Source: Clostridioides phage LIBA2945
Sequence record: MF547663.1
Direction: 5' to 3' (one strand)
DNA: 64,000 nucleotides
Positions 42,820-52,808 of this stretch are shown in pieces. The first letter of the stretch is position 1. The number at the start of each line of letters is the position of its first letter. Under the pieces are notes generated by a model that searched no databases, was not told where the DNA came from, and saw nothing but the letters and a program-made list of their open reading frames with translations. Both the position numbers and the translations under genes were made by a program.

Positions 42820-42849
42820 ACAGTGTATTTATCTGAATGCACTGTTTTT
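42820..42849 (+). terminator. intrinsic terminator ACAGTG-loop-CACTGT followed by TTTT
   Basis: seen directly. Confidence 0.5.
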
Positions 42850-43078
42850 ATTTCCTCATAGTTAATATAAAATAATGTGATATTATATCATATAGATATA
42901 GATTAAATTGATATTTAAATCCCTTATAGTTAATCTAAAAAATTGCCATTATATCATTTCTCTATAAATTAAATTGACATTTAAATCCCTTGTAGTTAAT
43001 CTGAAAATTCTTATTATAATATCATTTCTAAATAAATTAAAAAATATTTTAAATCCCTCGTAGTTAATCTTAAAGATA
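42845..43078. repeat. three tandem direct repeats of about 67 bp (core TTTAAATCCCTYRTAGTTAATCT plus ATTATATCATTTCT block) and a degenerate fourth copy
   Basis: cores at 42914, 42980 and 43048; each overlaps a TTGAYA-N17-TAAT promoter-like arrangement. Confidence 0.6.
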
Positions 43079-43108
43079 CTATATACATTAATAATAATAC
43101 TCTTTCAT

Positions 43109-43594
43109 TTAAATTTCAATCATTGATTTTAATTCTTGTTTACAATTTTCTATACTTTCGCTCAATTCTTCCAAAAAATCTGGTAAACTATCTTCTATAT
43201 TTCTCTCGACTAATTCGTCAAAATTTTCTTTGTTGAATTTTTCATAACTATTCCAATTCAAAGTTTCGCTTTCAGTGTCACACCAAGTAGCAAATTCTTC
43301 GTAATCATTTAAAAAACAAAGTTCTCCTAAAAGATCTTCAATTTGAACTTCTCCTTGACTAAATTCATAGAAAATAATTTCTCTCATATTAAAAATATCA
43401 TCTGAATAGCCTTGCCAACTTGAAATTGTGCTTTTTACAACTCCTTTCAAATTTATAGAAATTCTTATAGTATCAGTTGTTTCTATTAAGTAGCATTCTT
43501 TATAAATTTTCGTAGCTTCTTCCTTTATTTTATCTATATTCATATCTACAACCTTTAAAAATTTTTTAGCTTCTTTTTTATCCATTTTACCCAT
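43109..43594 (-). CDS. hypothetical acidic protein
   Basis: ORF. Confidence 0.3.
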   Translation of the reverse strand: MGKMDKKEAKKFLKVVDMNIDKIKEEATKIYKECYLIETTDTIRISINLKGVVKSTISSWQGYSDDIFNMREIIFYEFSQGEVQIEDLLGELCFLNDYEEFATWCDTESETLNWNSYEKFNKENFDELVERNIEDSLPDFLEELSESIENCKQELKSMIEI

Positions 43595-43729
43595 ATTAAT
43601 TTCCTCCTATTTTAAAATATTATTCAAGATATATCTGTATTTTTAAGAAAAAAAAACTGTATTATAACAATACAGCTTTATGATTTTTATATTCAATTTT
43701 ATAATTTTTTAAAATAAATTCAATTACAT

Positions 43730-44071
43730 CTAATATTCTATTTCTTTTAACTTGTCATTGTCTTTTAAATATTTCTCTATGCCTTCTTCAATCCTTGCTC
43801 TAAGGTCTGATAGTTCATCGCAAAATTGGTCGCAATCGCAAGGTTGTTCTAAATTCAAAACTTCGTTGTACTCTTTTGTAAAAATTTCATGGTCATATGG
43901 GATATTAAAAGTATATTCTATGTCACCTTTATGTTTAAAATCTTCACTCATTTTTATGCTTACTTCAAAATTATTTACCATTATTTTAGTACTTTCTATG
44001 TTGTCTATTTCATATCCTGCATCAGCAATATAGTTCCATTCTTCTTTGAAATACTTTTTCATATAAATCAC
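43730..44071 (-). CDS. hypothetical protein
   Basis: ORF. Confidence 0.3.
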   Translation of the reverse strand: MIYMKKYFKEEWNYIADAGYEIDNIESTKIMVNNFEVSIKMSEDFKHKGDIEYTFNIPYDHEIFTKEYNEVLNLEQPCDCDQFCDELSDLRARIEEGIEKYLKDNDKLKEIEY

Positions 44072-44148
44072 TCTTTTTATTTTAAAATCTTTCTTAATTC
44101 TATTAAATTTAATCTTATAATTTCATCTTTTTCAGACATTAATCTCTC

Positions 44149-44505
44149 CTACTTTTTTAATGAATGTTGCAATTTTATTAAGTCTTTAATTTGATTAATT
44201 GCACATTCTTGAAATTCAATTGAAAGTTCCATTAATAAGTCAGTCGCTTCTGAAATATTCCTATTACACTTATTCTCTATGTACATTTCTCCATCTCCAT
44301 TTTTAAGCCATTCTTTATTAACATTGAATGTACTACAAATATCATCTATTAATCTATCGCTAGGTATTACTTTAGATTTATCTGATAGAAACTTAGATAT
44401 ATAAGATGGGTCAACTTTTATCTTGTTTGCAAACTCAACTTGTTTTATTTTTTCATTTTCTATTAAGATTTTAATTCTCTTGCCTATATCACACATTAAT
44501 ATCAC
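44149..44505 (-). CDS. XRE-family HTH protein, paralog 3 of 3
   Basis: N-terminal HTH (IKQVEFANKIKVDPSYISKF) and conserved FNVNKEWL block shared with the two upstream genes. Confidence 0.55.
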   Translation of the reverse strand: MILMCDIGKRIKILIENEKIKQVEFANKIKVDPSYISKFLSDKSKVIPSDRLIDDICSTFNVNKEWLKNGDGEMYIENKCNRNISEATDLLMELSIEFQECAINQIKDLIKLQHSLKK

Positions 44506-44882
44506 CTCTGTATTGACCTTTTTACAATCTCATTCAAAGACGCTATATATGTAGCATCTAATTTAGAAATGTTAATTATTAGTTCTTTTAAATTTTCATC
44601 CTTTGAACTAGCTATCTTATAGAACACTTCTCCTAAAATCGAAGAAATATCTTCTTTTACAGAAACATACATATCACCTGTACCATTTATAAGCCATTCC
44701 TTATTAACATTAAATACACTACATAAATGATTAATAAGTAAAGGTTTGGGTTCAACCCTATCATACTCTATATTACTTATAACATCTTTGCTGACACCTA
44801 ATTTTCCCCCGAAATCTGGCTGAGATAAATTAGCATTTTTTCTTATCTTTCTAATTCTCTTACTTATAGTTTCATCAGACAA
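44502..44882 (-). CDS. XRE-family HTH protein, paralog 2 of 3
   Basis: LSQPDFGGKLGVSKDVISNIE HTH; C-terminal ELIINISKL..TYI..LNEIVK shared with paralog 1. Confidence 0.6.
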   Translation of the reverse strand: MSDETISKRIRKIRKNANLSQPDFGGKLGVSKDVISNIEYDRVEPKPLLINHLCSVFNVNKEWLINGTGDMYVSVKEDISSILGEVFYKIASSKDENLKELIINISKLDATYIASLNEIVKRSIQR

Positions 44883-44901
44883 TTATAATACCTCCCACTA
44901 T

Positions 44902-45297
44902 TTAAATTAGACCTTTTACAATCTCATTTAAATTATTTATATATGTATCATTTAATTTAGAAATATTTATAATCAATTCATTTAAATTTTCATTTTTAGA
45001 TACAGTTATATTAGCAAAAACTTCTCCTAAAACAATATCACATTCTTGTTCAATAAACTTCCTCCCCTCACCAGTTTCTAACCACACTTGATTAACACTA
45101 AAAACCTCACACATATGAGTAATAAATACTGTTTTAACTTCTACTCTATTATTTTCTATATTACTTATAACATCTCTACTCACACCAAGCTTTTCTCCGA
45201 ATTTTTGTTGTGATAAATTTATATCTTCCCTTATTTCTTTTATTCTTTTATTTATATCTATATCAATCATAATACGCTCCTTAAATTTTAATAGCAT
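44902..45297 (-). CDS. XRE-family HTH protein, paralog 1 of 3
   Basis: LSQQKFGEKLGVSRDVISNIE HTH; overlaps the upstream 481-aa gene by 17 nt. Confidence 0.6.
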   Translation of the reverse strand: MLLKFKERIMIDIDINKRIKEIREDINLSQQKFGEKLGVSRDVISNIENNRVEVKTVFITHMCEVFSVNQVWLETGEGRKFIEQECDIVLGEVFANITVSKNENLNELIINISKLNDTYINNLNEIVKGLI

Positions 45298-46726
45298 TTT
45301 TAATAGCTTCTATTGCTCTATCTACATTTATATTATTTATATATCTAAGTTTGTTATCTTCGTTCAAATTTTCTATAATTTTGTAGTACATAGCATGTCC
45401 TATAAAATTAGTGTTTATAAATACATACTCATAACTATTCAATATGTTTACATTAAAATTAATTGTATCTGCTGATATAAATTCAAAGTTAGTTAATTTT
45501 TCTTTCATTTTTAAAATCCAATTTGGATGTCCACCAAATATTATTGCTTTTATATTTTTTAAATTTATACTTTCATCAATTAAAACTTTCTCTTCTTGCT
45601 CTTGTTGCTGGTTGAACATAAAATTTCTTAATTGAACCAATTCTTCTTTAGATGTAAGTTGTGCTTTGATTTCATTTTCTAATCTAAGTTTATCTTTTTG
45701 CAACAATTCTAGTTCTGATTTTAACTTTTCATTTTCTGCCTCCAATAATGAATTTTCTTTTTTAATACTATCCAATTTAAGGTCTTTTTCTTCTATAGAT
45801 TCTTTTAATTCTTCATCAAAATTATTAAAGAAAAATTGTTTAGCTTTTTTATATTCTCTTGCCAAATATCTTATGTCTATAGCAGGAATTATAAATTTAA
45901 ATAAATCCTCATAATTAATGCTATTTTCATCTTCTATATTTTTTTGTAAATTACAGTAACATAAAATTAATTCTTGTATTTGTTTAGATTTAAATATGTC
46001 TCTTCCTACAATTGAAATTAAACTTAATTCTTCCAGGTCATATATATAATCAAATCCTAAAAGGTTTCTGTCTAAATCTGTTAAAGCATCTAAATTAAAA
46101 GTTCCTATACTCCCATCAATTCCAATTGTATACGAGCTTGGAATATATTCTTTTAAATATGTAGATTTTAATCTTAATTCTATCTTACTAATGAGTTTTT
46201 GTTCATCTTTACTTAGTCTATCTATAGATAAAACTTTTTCATGTTTATAATTTTCATTTCTTAGAATCAAATTTCTAATTACTTTTATATATATTTCATC
46301 TGATTCGTCAACTTCTTTCCCTAAAGCTCCACATAAAGAAATTGCAACTAACATATTACCATTTAATTCATCCTCTGAAAAACTTTCAATTTTATTTTTT
46401 AACATAAGTTTTCTTAAAAAGGTACTTGCTTTAAATGTTTGGATAGAAATAATATAATTGTAAGCAATTGTATAACCAACCTTAAATATTTTTGTTATTT
46501 TCTTTTCATCTCTTTCTAATAGAATACCTAAAGATTTTTTAAAATAATATTCTTGAATTATACTTCCTTCACTTGCTATCCTTGAATTATAAAAAATATT
46601 ATCTTTGGCCAAACTTGAATATTTTAATTTATTTTCATTATAATATTTATCTATGAGTTTATAGCATTTTTTATTTATCGACAAAGACTCAGCTAAAAAT
46701 GGTACTATATTTAATTCTTCTTTCAT
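45281..46726 (-). CDS. hypothetical protein with central coiled coil and C-terminal GGHPNW...FI(S/G)H domain (DUF2325-like flavour)
   Basis: 481 aa; first gene of an apparent four-gene operon with the three XRE paralogs. Confidence 0.4.
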   Translation of the reverse strand: MKEELNIVPFLAESLSINKKCYKLIDKYYNENKLKYSSLAKDNIFYNSRIASEGSIIQEYYFKKSLGILLERDEKKITKIFKVGYTIAYNYIISIQTFKASTFLRKLMLKNKIESFSEDELNGNMLVAISLCGALGKEVDESDEIYIKVIRNLILRNENYKHEKVLSIDRLSKDEQKLISKIELRLKSTYLKEYIPSSYTIGIDGSIGTFNLDALTDLDRNLLGFDYIYDLEELSLISIVGRDIFKSKQIQELILCYCNLQKNIEDENSINYEDLFKFIIPAIDIRYLAREYKKAKQFFFNNFDEELKESIEEKDLKLDSIKKENSLLEAENEKLKSELELLQKDKLRLENEIKAQLTSKEELVQLRNFMFNQQQEQEEKVLIDESINLKNIKAIIFGGHPNWILKMKEKLTNFEFISADTINFNVNILNSYEYVFINTNFIGHAMYYKIIENLNEDNKLRYINNINVDRAIEAIKNAIKI

Positions 46727-46986
46727 TAAAAAACCTCGCTTATCAATTAAAATTAAAAGATATTAAATTTAATATCTTTTAATTTTAATTATATCATTAG
46801 TTCATATTTAAATATTATAGATATATAGTAAATTATAACAATTCAATGTCTTTTATTTTTATTATAGATTTATAATCTTCTTCTGAATTTATTTTTATTA
46901 CATCAAAGACAATATTTATATCAACATCATAATCTTTACCTAATCCTGAATATGTATAACTTCCACAATCTAAATAATTATATACT

Positions 46987-47445
46987 TCACCTTCCATAAA
47001 AAAAATCCCATGAGTCAGTTTTATTAACAAGATAATTATATTTTTCTTGTACAAAATTATCATATTCTAATACTGTAAACTCTTCACCTACAGAACTTTT
47101 TAGTTCTTTTATAAAGCTCTTTATACATCTTTCATTTTCTTCTATTTCCTCATTGTAATCTATAATCATATTATTTACATTTTCATGCACTATTGAATCT
47201 ACATCTTTTAAATTATATTCTTTTCTTTTATAGTCTTCTATAATATCATCAATGTAAATTATTTCTTCGTAAGTATTGTTGTATATATTTTCGTCTGCAC
47301 CCTGTCCTTTATATGAAATAAAAAACTTTATTGAATCATTTTTTATATAAAATCCGCATCTATCTATTTCCCAATTAAAATTATTACTTATAGCTTCTCT
47401 TACATATTTTTTGATTTCTTTCTTAGTTATTTTTTTCATTTTCAT
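46987..47445 (-). CDS. hypothetical protein
   Basis: ORF. Confidence 0.3.
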   Translation of the reverse strand: MKMKKITKKEIKKYVREAISNNFNWEIDRCGFYIKNDSIKFFISYKGQGADENIYNNTYEEIIYIDDIIEDYKRKEYNLKDVDSIVHENVNNMIIDYNEEIEENERCIKSFIKELKSSVGEEFTVLEYDNFVQEKYNYLVNKTDSWDFFYGR

Positions 47446-47577
47446 ATCCCCCTATTTTTATTTTTTCAATTTTAAAACCTCTTAATTTACCATCTTTTAT
47501 AATAAAACAAAATCCCTCTTTTGCTAACATATCAGCATCTTCTAAACTTATATTATTTATATCTTTCATATATCGTA

Positions 47578-48075
47578 TCATATTGCAACCTCAACATCAA
47601 AGTAAGTGCCAACACAATTACTTAAATCAATTTTACTATCTAATGTTAAATACCAATCACCCATACAAGCTGGATAAAAATAATATTTATTATCATTTTT
47701 TATATATACAATTGAACTTCCATCACTTAAAAATACTTTAATGTTTCCATTGTTATTCAACTTATTAATCACATACACATCCTTTGAGTGACTTATATTG
47801 TTTGACAGCTCTTTGTAAGTTGCAACTGCTCTATCTAAATCTTTTTTATTATCAAAACTATAGTTCCAATCACCTAAAGATTTAGGATAGAAATTATAAA
47901 CTTGCTCTTTAGTATCATATAAAACTACACTTTCATCTTCTAATATTTCTACAACTCTGTCAGTAGTTTCTACATAAAAATTATCTAATTCGGCAGCCTT
48001 AACTTTTGTTGCTCCTGCAACTCCAACAATAATTAAACCCAATACTATTCCCATAACTATATTTTTAAATTTCAT
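47578..48075 (-). CDS. secreted protein with an internally duplicated domain
   Basis: signal peptide; two repeats ending YNFYP..GDWNY / YYFYP..GDWYL. Confidence 0.4.
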   Translation of the reverse strand: MKFKNIVMGIVLGLIIVGVAGATKVKAAELDNFYVETTDRVVEILEDESVVLYDTKEQVYNFYPKSLGDWNYSFDNKKDLDRAVATYKELSNNISHSKDVYVINKLNNNGNIKVFLSDGSSIVYIKNDNKYYFYPACMGDWYLTLDSKIDLSNCVGTYFDVEVAI

Positions 48076-48392
48076 TTTTACACCCTCCTAGTTTATGATT
48101 ATGACCCCGTACAAGCCTCTATAAGCTGTTTGAAAATCATCTTAATGTATTTATACCTTTTGATTTTTATAATCTTTAAAATCCTTTTATCAAATCACTA
48201 TCATTATCATTTGAATTATAATAATATAGCTATAACAATAGCGATTTGATAACTCATATATCATATTAAAAATATAATTTTAAACTCTTTTATTACTTCA
48301 TGTCCTATATTAAAGATATGACACTCTTTTATATAAAATATAATCCTCATCTATATAAAATTCATTGTCATTAATTCATCGCCTACATACAT

Positions 48393-48977
48393 TTATTGCA
48401 TACTTTTATATAGTTCTTTTAAATCTTCATTTTCATCTAATATTACTTTTAAAGGTTTCATAGTATAACAACTTTTATATTTATATTTGTTTTTATTGTA
48501 ATTTTCATCAAATTTACTCATATATTCCTTATACTTGATAAACAAACTGTTTAATATATCTATATCTATCAATCCAGACTTACTAAGTTTATTCATTCTC
48601 ATACAACTATCTATCATACGAGCCAAAGACCAAGCCACTTCCGCAATTGCATCTTCTAACATTTGTTCATTAGATTTATAAGCATAAGAACCTTCTTTGT
48701 ATTTAGTATTATTCTTCACTATTTTATTAAGATTTGTCTCTATATCTAAACCCTTACTGTAGTACTCCATACATTTGTAATGTTTTTTTATCTCTCTCGA
48801 CAATGCTTTGTAAAATGTAACATTCAATTTCATTATTTTTTCTACACATGTTAATCCAACATGAAAAACTTCTCCTGTAACATTATTTTTTATTGTAGCT
48901 ATATTTTTTATAGTTCTTCCACAGTGGTCACAAGCTCCTTTACCTTTTGTATAACTTATCAAAATATACTCATTCAT
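48393..48977 (-). CDS. hypothetical protein
   Basis: ORF with CDHCG...C. Confidence 0.3.
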   Translation of the reverse strand: MNEYILISYTKGKGACDHCGRTIKNIATIKNNVTGEVFHVGLTCVEKIMKLNVTFYKALSREIKKHYKCMEYYSKGLDIETNLNKIVKNNTKYKEGSYAYKSNEQMLEDAIAEVAWSLARMIDSCMRMNKLSKSGLIDIDILNSLFIKYKEYMSKFDENYNKNKYKYKSCYTMKPLKVILDENEDLKELYKSMQ

Positions 48978-49014
48978 GCTTAAACCTCCAATTATATTAA
49001 AATCATTCTTTTAA

Positions 49015-49293
49015 TTACATTTCCATAAAGATAAAATTAATTATCAAAATCAAGTTATCTATATACTTTTCTATTTCTTTATATTTCAAGTCAAATATAT
49101 CTGTATTATCAATTTTGTAACACAATTTATCTATTTGATATTCTGTAATTTCATCTATTTTATTCTTATATTTATATCCTGATAGTGCTTTTCTTAAATC
49201 TTTTATGTATCCTTTTAGTTCTCTTAAGCTGCTTGTTTCAAGTGATGTTTTAATACCTTTAGCCTTATTTATTAACATTTCAATCCCCTCCAA
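49015..49293 (-). CDS. hypothetical protein
   Basis: ORF. Confidence 0.3.
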   Translation of the reverse strand: MEGIEMLINKAKGIKTSLETSSLRELKGYIKDLRKALSGYKYKNKIDEITEYQIDKLCYKIDNTDIFDLKYKEIEKYIDNLILIINFIFMEM

Positions 49294-49353
49294 TTATATT
49301 AAAATTAATATTTTAAATATTTTTATTCTCAATTCAAATTTCTTTTTTTTAAT

Positions 49354-49965
49354 CTAATAATTAACCTGTATTTTTAATAATCTATTATCTTCACTCATGC
49401 CTATTTTATATAAATCCTTTTCATATGTATGACATCTAACAGTTATAGAGTCCTCGTCCATAGAATAAAGACTTATTTTAGAATATTTTTCTCCTAATTT
49501 TTCCATTATTTCTTTATCTATTTTTTCATATGCTTTATTTCTTGCTATAGTTCTTTTTCTATTTAACTTATGGTCATCCATCAAATTGTATTCTTTTCTA
49601 TTCCCATGCACTCTGTATCCTTCCATCCAGTCTAAAACCTCTATAGTATCAAAGTTACAATTAAGATTTTCATTTATATAATTTGTTAAGTCTCTTTTTG
49701 AATATCCCTTAAAAAATGTATTATTCAATTTTATTCTTGAAACATTTTCATCAGTCGATACACCAATATTGAAACAATGGTCAATATGTGTATACCACCC
49801 GAATCTTTTTACACTTTTGCAATTTTGTAAATTTCCGCCTAGCTCTAAATATATTTTATCTCCATTACCATTTATAAAAGCAGTTCTAATTCTATAATTT
49901 TCAACATCTGAACCCTCTTCATATATATTCATTCCAGCACCTTCAAATAATAATATTTTTTTCAT
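49354..49965 (-). CDS. hypothetical protein
   Basis: ORF. Confidence 0.3.
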   Translation of the reverse strand: MKKILLFEGAGMNIYEEGSDVENYRIRTAFINGNGDKIYLELGGNLQNCKSVKRFGWYTHIDHCFNIGVSTDENVSRIKLNNTFFKGYSKRDLTNYINENLNCNFDTIEVLDWMEGYRVHGNRKEYNLMDDHKLNRKRTIARNKAYEKIDKEIMEKLGEKYSKISLYSMDEDSITVRCHTYEKDLYKIGMSEDNRLLKIQVNY

Positions 49966-50026
49966 TTTTATATCCTCCTAATATTTTATATCAACTTAAA
50001 AGTTGAATTTTTTTTACTTAAATTAT

Positions 50027-50263
50027 TTAAAATTCTTTATATTGAATTCTATTTTCATTATCTAAATACATCATATTATTAATATTTTGTATTAATTGCT
50101 GTCTCAGTTCTTCTCCCTTTAAAGCCCAATCTAATCCGATTAAATTTCCTAGTCTGACATATAAAGAATTATAAGTTCCTGCTTCTCCTATTATTTCACC
50201 TTCTAAAAGGTCACATATATTTATTAAATCTGTTGCAGTCATATATTCAGAATAATTTATCAT
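50027..50263 (-). CDS. hypothetical protein
   Basis: ORF. Confidence 0.3.
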   Translation of the reverse strand: MINYSEYMTATDLINICDLLEGEIIGEAGTYNSLYVRLGNLIGLDWALKGEELRQQLIQNINNMMYLDNENRIQYKEF

Positions 50264-50484
50264 GTTATTACCTCCTTATTTATTAGCTTGTTCCAATAAT
50301 TCTAATTGATTGCTGTTTCCATATTTTGAAATAATACTTTCTGTAGTACTCCAATAGCTACTATCTAAATCCTTTTTAAACAATGATTTTATCTTAATTA
50401 TTAATTTTTTCATGATTTATTCCCCTTTCAATTTTTTTATTGGAAGTGGCGTTTTTAAAGAACGCCCTAAAACTTTTTATTTAG

Positions 50485-50742
50485 TTATTTGATGATAGTA
50501 TTAGTAGAATTTAAATCTTTTCTATACTTATCATAGTCAAAATATCTTTCAAGTACTTCTTTAGCTAAATATTTAATATTTTTTGATTCTCCAATGTAAA
50601 GTTTAGCAAATTCAATAGTATCCATATTGTTATAGTATTCTATCTCATCTCCATCTATATAGTCATCAATTATCCTGCTTTTGTAAGGTTCTAAATCTCT
50701 TGCAAAAGCTTCTAAGTTAAAATAATGGTAAAGATTTTTCAT
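50485..50742 (-). CDS. hypothetical protein
   Basis: ORF. Confidence 0.3.
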   Translation of the reverse strand: MKNLYHYFNLEAFARDLEPYKSRIIDDYIDGDEIEYYNNMDTIEFAKLYIGESKNIKYLAKEVLERYFDYDKYRKDLNSTNTIIK

Positions 50743-50871
50743 TTTTATAGTCCTTCTTTTTTTATTTGTTCTGTCCGAATGATTTATTAAAAATTTTTAT
50801 TTGTTTTGATATTTTTATTATAATGCATTCTGTCCGAATGAGTCAAGTGTTTTTTTGAGTAGATTTTGCAT

Positions 50872-51060
50872 CTACTCAGTTATTTTTTCTATTATTATTT
50901 TTTCACCATCAAAAGTTAATGTAACTTCCCTATCTAATTTAGTTATATCCATTTGTTTAACCCAATTAGTAGGAATTGTTATTCTATTTGTGACTGAGCC
51001 TTTACTTGCAGTTCCTCCACTTGTAGTAAATAATACTTTTGCTTTTCTCTGCTCATACAT
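50872..51060 (-). CDS. AbrB/MazE/SpoVT-like swapped-hairpin DNA-binding protein
   Basis: TNRITIPTNWVKQMDI...DGEKIIIEK pattern, 62 aa. Confidence 0.5.
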   Translation of the reverse strand: MYEQRKAKVLFTTSGGTASKGSVTNRITIPTNWVKQMDITKLDREVTLTFDGEKIIIEKITE

Positions 51061-51115
51061 TCGTTATACCTCCAATGATATTATTGTTTAATAATACCAT
51101 ACTAAGAGCTTGTAG

Positions 51116-51147
51116 AAAAGACACTCAATAATTCAAGTGTCTTTTTA
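51116..51147 (-). terminator. bidirectional intrinsic terminator AGACAC-loop-GTGTCT with A/T runs
   Basis: seen directly downstream of 51155..51487. Confidence 0.5.
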
Positions 51148-51154
51148 TGTATTA

Positions 51155-51487
51155 CTATTTAATTGATTTTAACTTTGCTATTTCATTCCAATTTTTAGAT
51201 GTAGCCATTTCTACAAAGTTCATGTCATTTTTTAAAGTGTCTATTTTTTCTCCAACTTCTGTTATGCCTTCCATGTTTCTAGCAACTTGATTATAAGTTA
51301 AGTCTAGTTTCTTTTTAATTTCTTCTTGCCCTTCTTTTAAATCACTAAGTTGGTTTTCAATCCCATCAAAACGACCATCCATACTATCTAGTCTAGTATT
51401 AATCCATTTTATTTCTCCTTGTATATCATTAATACTAGTATCCATTTTTTGTAATAATTCTAATATTTTTTCATCCATGCCGTTCAC
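51155..51487 (-). CDS. hypothetical coiled-coil protein (paralog A)
   Basis: N-terminus MDEKILELLQKMD identical to 52809..53186. Confidence 0.35.
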   Translation of the reverse strand: MNGMDEKILELLQKMDTSINDIQGEIKWINTRLDSMDGRFDGIENQLSDLKEGQEEIKKKLDLTYNQVARNMEGITEVGEKIDTLKNDMNFVEMATSKNWNEIAKLKSIK

Positions 51488-52051
51488 ACTCCTATTTTAT
51501 TATTATATCATAATTTAAGTGTTGTATTCTAACACTTACTAAAATAATCTAATAAATAGTTTAAATTATACTAGTAAATATTAGATAGTTTATAACCATG
51601 TAGGTGTCAAGCAGTACAAACTATAATTTTAATGCTCAATCTTTAGTACTTTTTATAACGCAGTACCTCACAACTGCTATGTCATATTAAATTGTATTGA
51701 GTGCCATTATAGAAGCAACTAAGTTGATACCTCAATTTTTTGTAGGCTTTAATTGGAAACCTTTATTAATTTTATTTACTTAATTACTTAATGTTGGGAA
51801 CACCTCACCAACTGGTATGACTAATTCATTTTTGTAGTTAAAAAATGAAGAAAAAACTATGTGTAATATTTGTGTTGTGTGCCTTTCACCATTCACACCA
51901 TTAAAAGGTCAACTTAAAGGTAGTAATTTTTTAATAGTAGTTTAATATTTTTTAATAGAACCCTTTAAGATATTAGCTAGAGTTTTAAGAAGGTTCTTTG
52001 CCTGTTACTTCATTTGAGAGGTGGCTTTGTGTTTTCTTGTTCTCCCTTGCT

Positions 52052-52175
52052 ATGATTTAATTATATATCCAAACGGATATATTGTCAATATTTATTTTTA
52101 TAATTTAATAAAAAATATATCTAAACGGATGTTAATATATTTAGATATACGACCGATTGGATATATAACTGATTG
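52052..52175. promoter_or_regulatory. candidate operator cluster: inverted repeat ATATCCAAACGGATAT plus two further AAACGGAT / TTGGATATATA half-site copies
   Basis: seen directly 50-170 bp upstream of the XRE gene at 52225. Confidence 0.4.
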
Positions 52176-52224
52176 TTCTTAATAAATATATATGATATTA
52201 TAATAAATATAAAGAGGTGATAAA

Positions 52225-52542
52225 ATGATTAGTGATAGATTAAGAGAACTAAGAAAAGAAAAAGGCTACACAATTAAAGAGTTAGCACAAATTATAAATG
52301 TTTCAGATATTTCAATCAGTAGATATGAAAACAACAAAAGGGATGCAGATATAAAAACATTGAAAGAGTTAGCAAAATTATATGATGTATCATTAGACTA
52401 TATAACTTGTCTTACAGATAATAGAGAAAATATACAACTTGAAGAAGAAGAAGTCAAACTATTAGATAATTATAGAGAGTTAGACACTAAAAGTAAAACA
52501 ATAGTACAAGAACAAATAAATACATTAAAAAAACTACTGTAA
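52225..52542 (+). CDS. XRE-family HTH transcriptional regulator
   Basis: YTIKELAQIINVSDISISRYE HTH, 105 aa. Confidence 0.7.
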   Translation: MISDRLRELRKEKGYTIKELAQIINVSDISISRYENNKRDADIKTLKELAKLYDVSLDYITCLTDNRENIQLEEEEVKLLDNYRELDTKSKTIVQEQINTLKKLL

Positions 52543-52696
52543 GCTAGACATATATATTCTAGCTTATTTTTATATTCAATTTTAAAAACTAAAGGTATAA
52601 ACATAAGGCAATCATATTACAATACGCTTAAAATGGCATATAATAGCTTGTATAATATATTATATTGTGTAGAATGTATTATAATATAACCATATC

Positions 52697-52763
52697 AAAA
52701 AAATCCGACAACCTGCATACTTATATAGATATATATATCAATATGCGAGTCATCGGAAAAATT
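52697..52763. repeat. 66-bp palindromic site, copy 1 (A7-TCCGACAACCTGCAT-24 bp core-ATGCGAGTCATCGGA-A5TT)
   Basis: paired with 60324..60389; arms swapped relative to copy 2. Confidence 0.6.
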
Positions 52764-52808
52764 AAAAATATAAAAGTACTTAACAAAATGTCAAGTACTT
52801 TTTATGTA

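Noticed and set aside
42845-43078. Repeat array considered as a CRISPR array
   Set aside because: Only three to four imperfect copies. Repeats (about 23 bp) and intervening segments are themselves partly conserved (67-bp tandem units). Extremely AT-rich, no cas genes nearby. Better explained as tandem promoter/iteron units.
50446-50466. GGCGTT-TTTAAAG-AACGCC hairpin as terminator of the 50485..50742 gene
   Set aside because: On the minus strand it is followed by an A-run rather than a T-run. It may still be a regulatory hairpin but not a clear intrinsic terminator.
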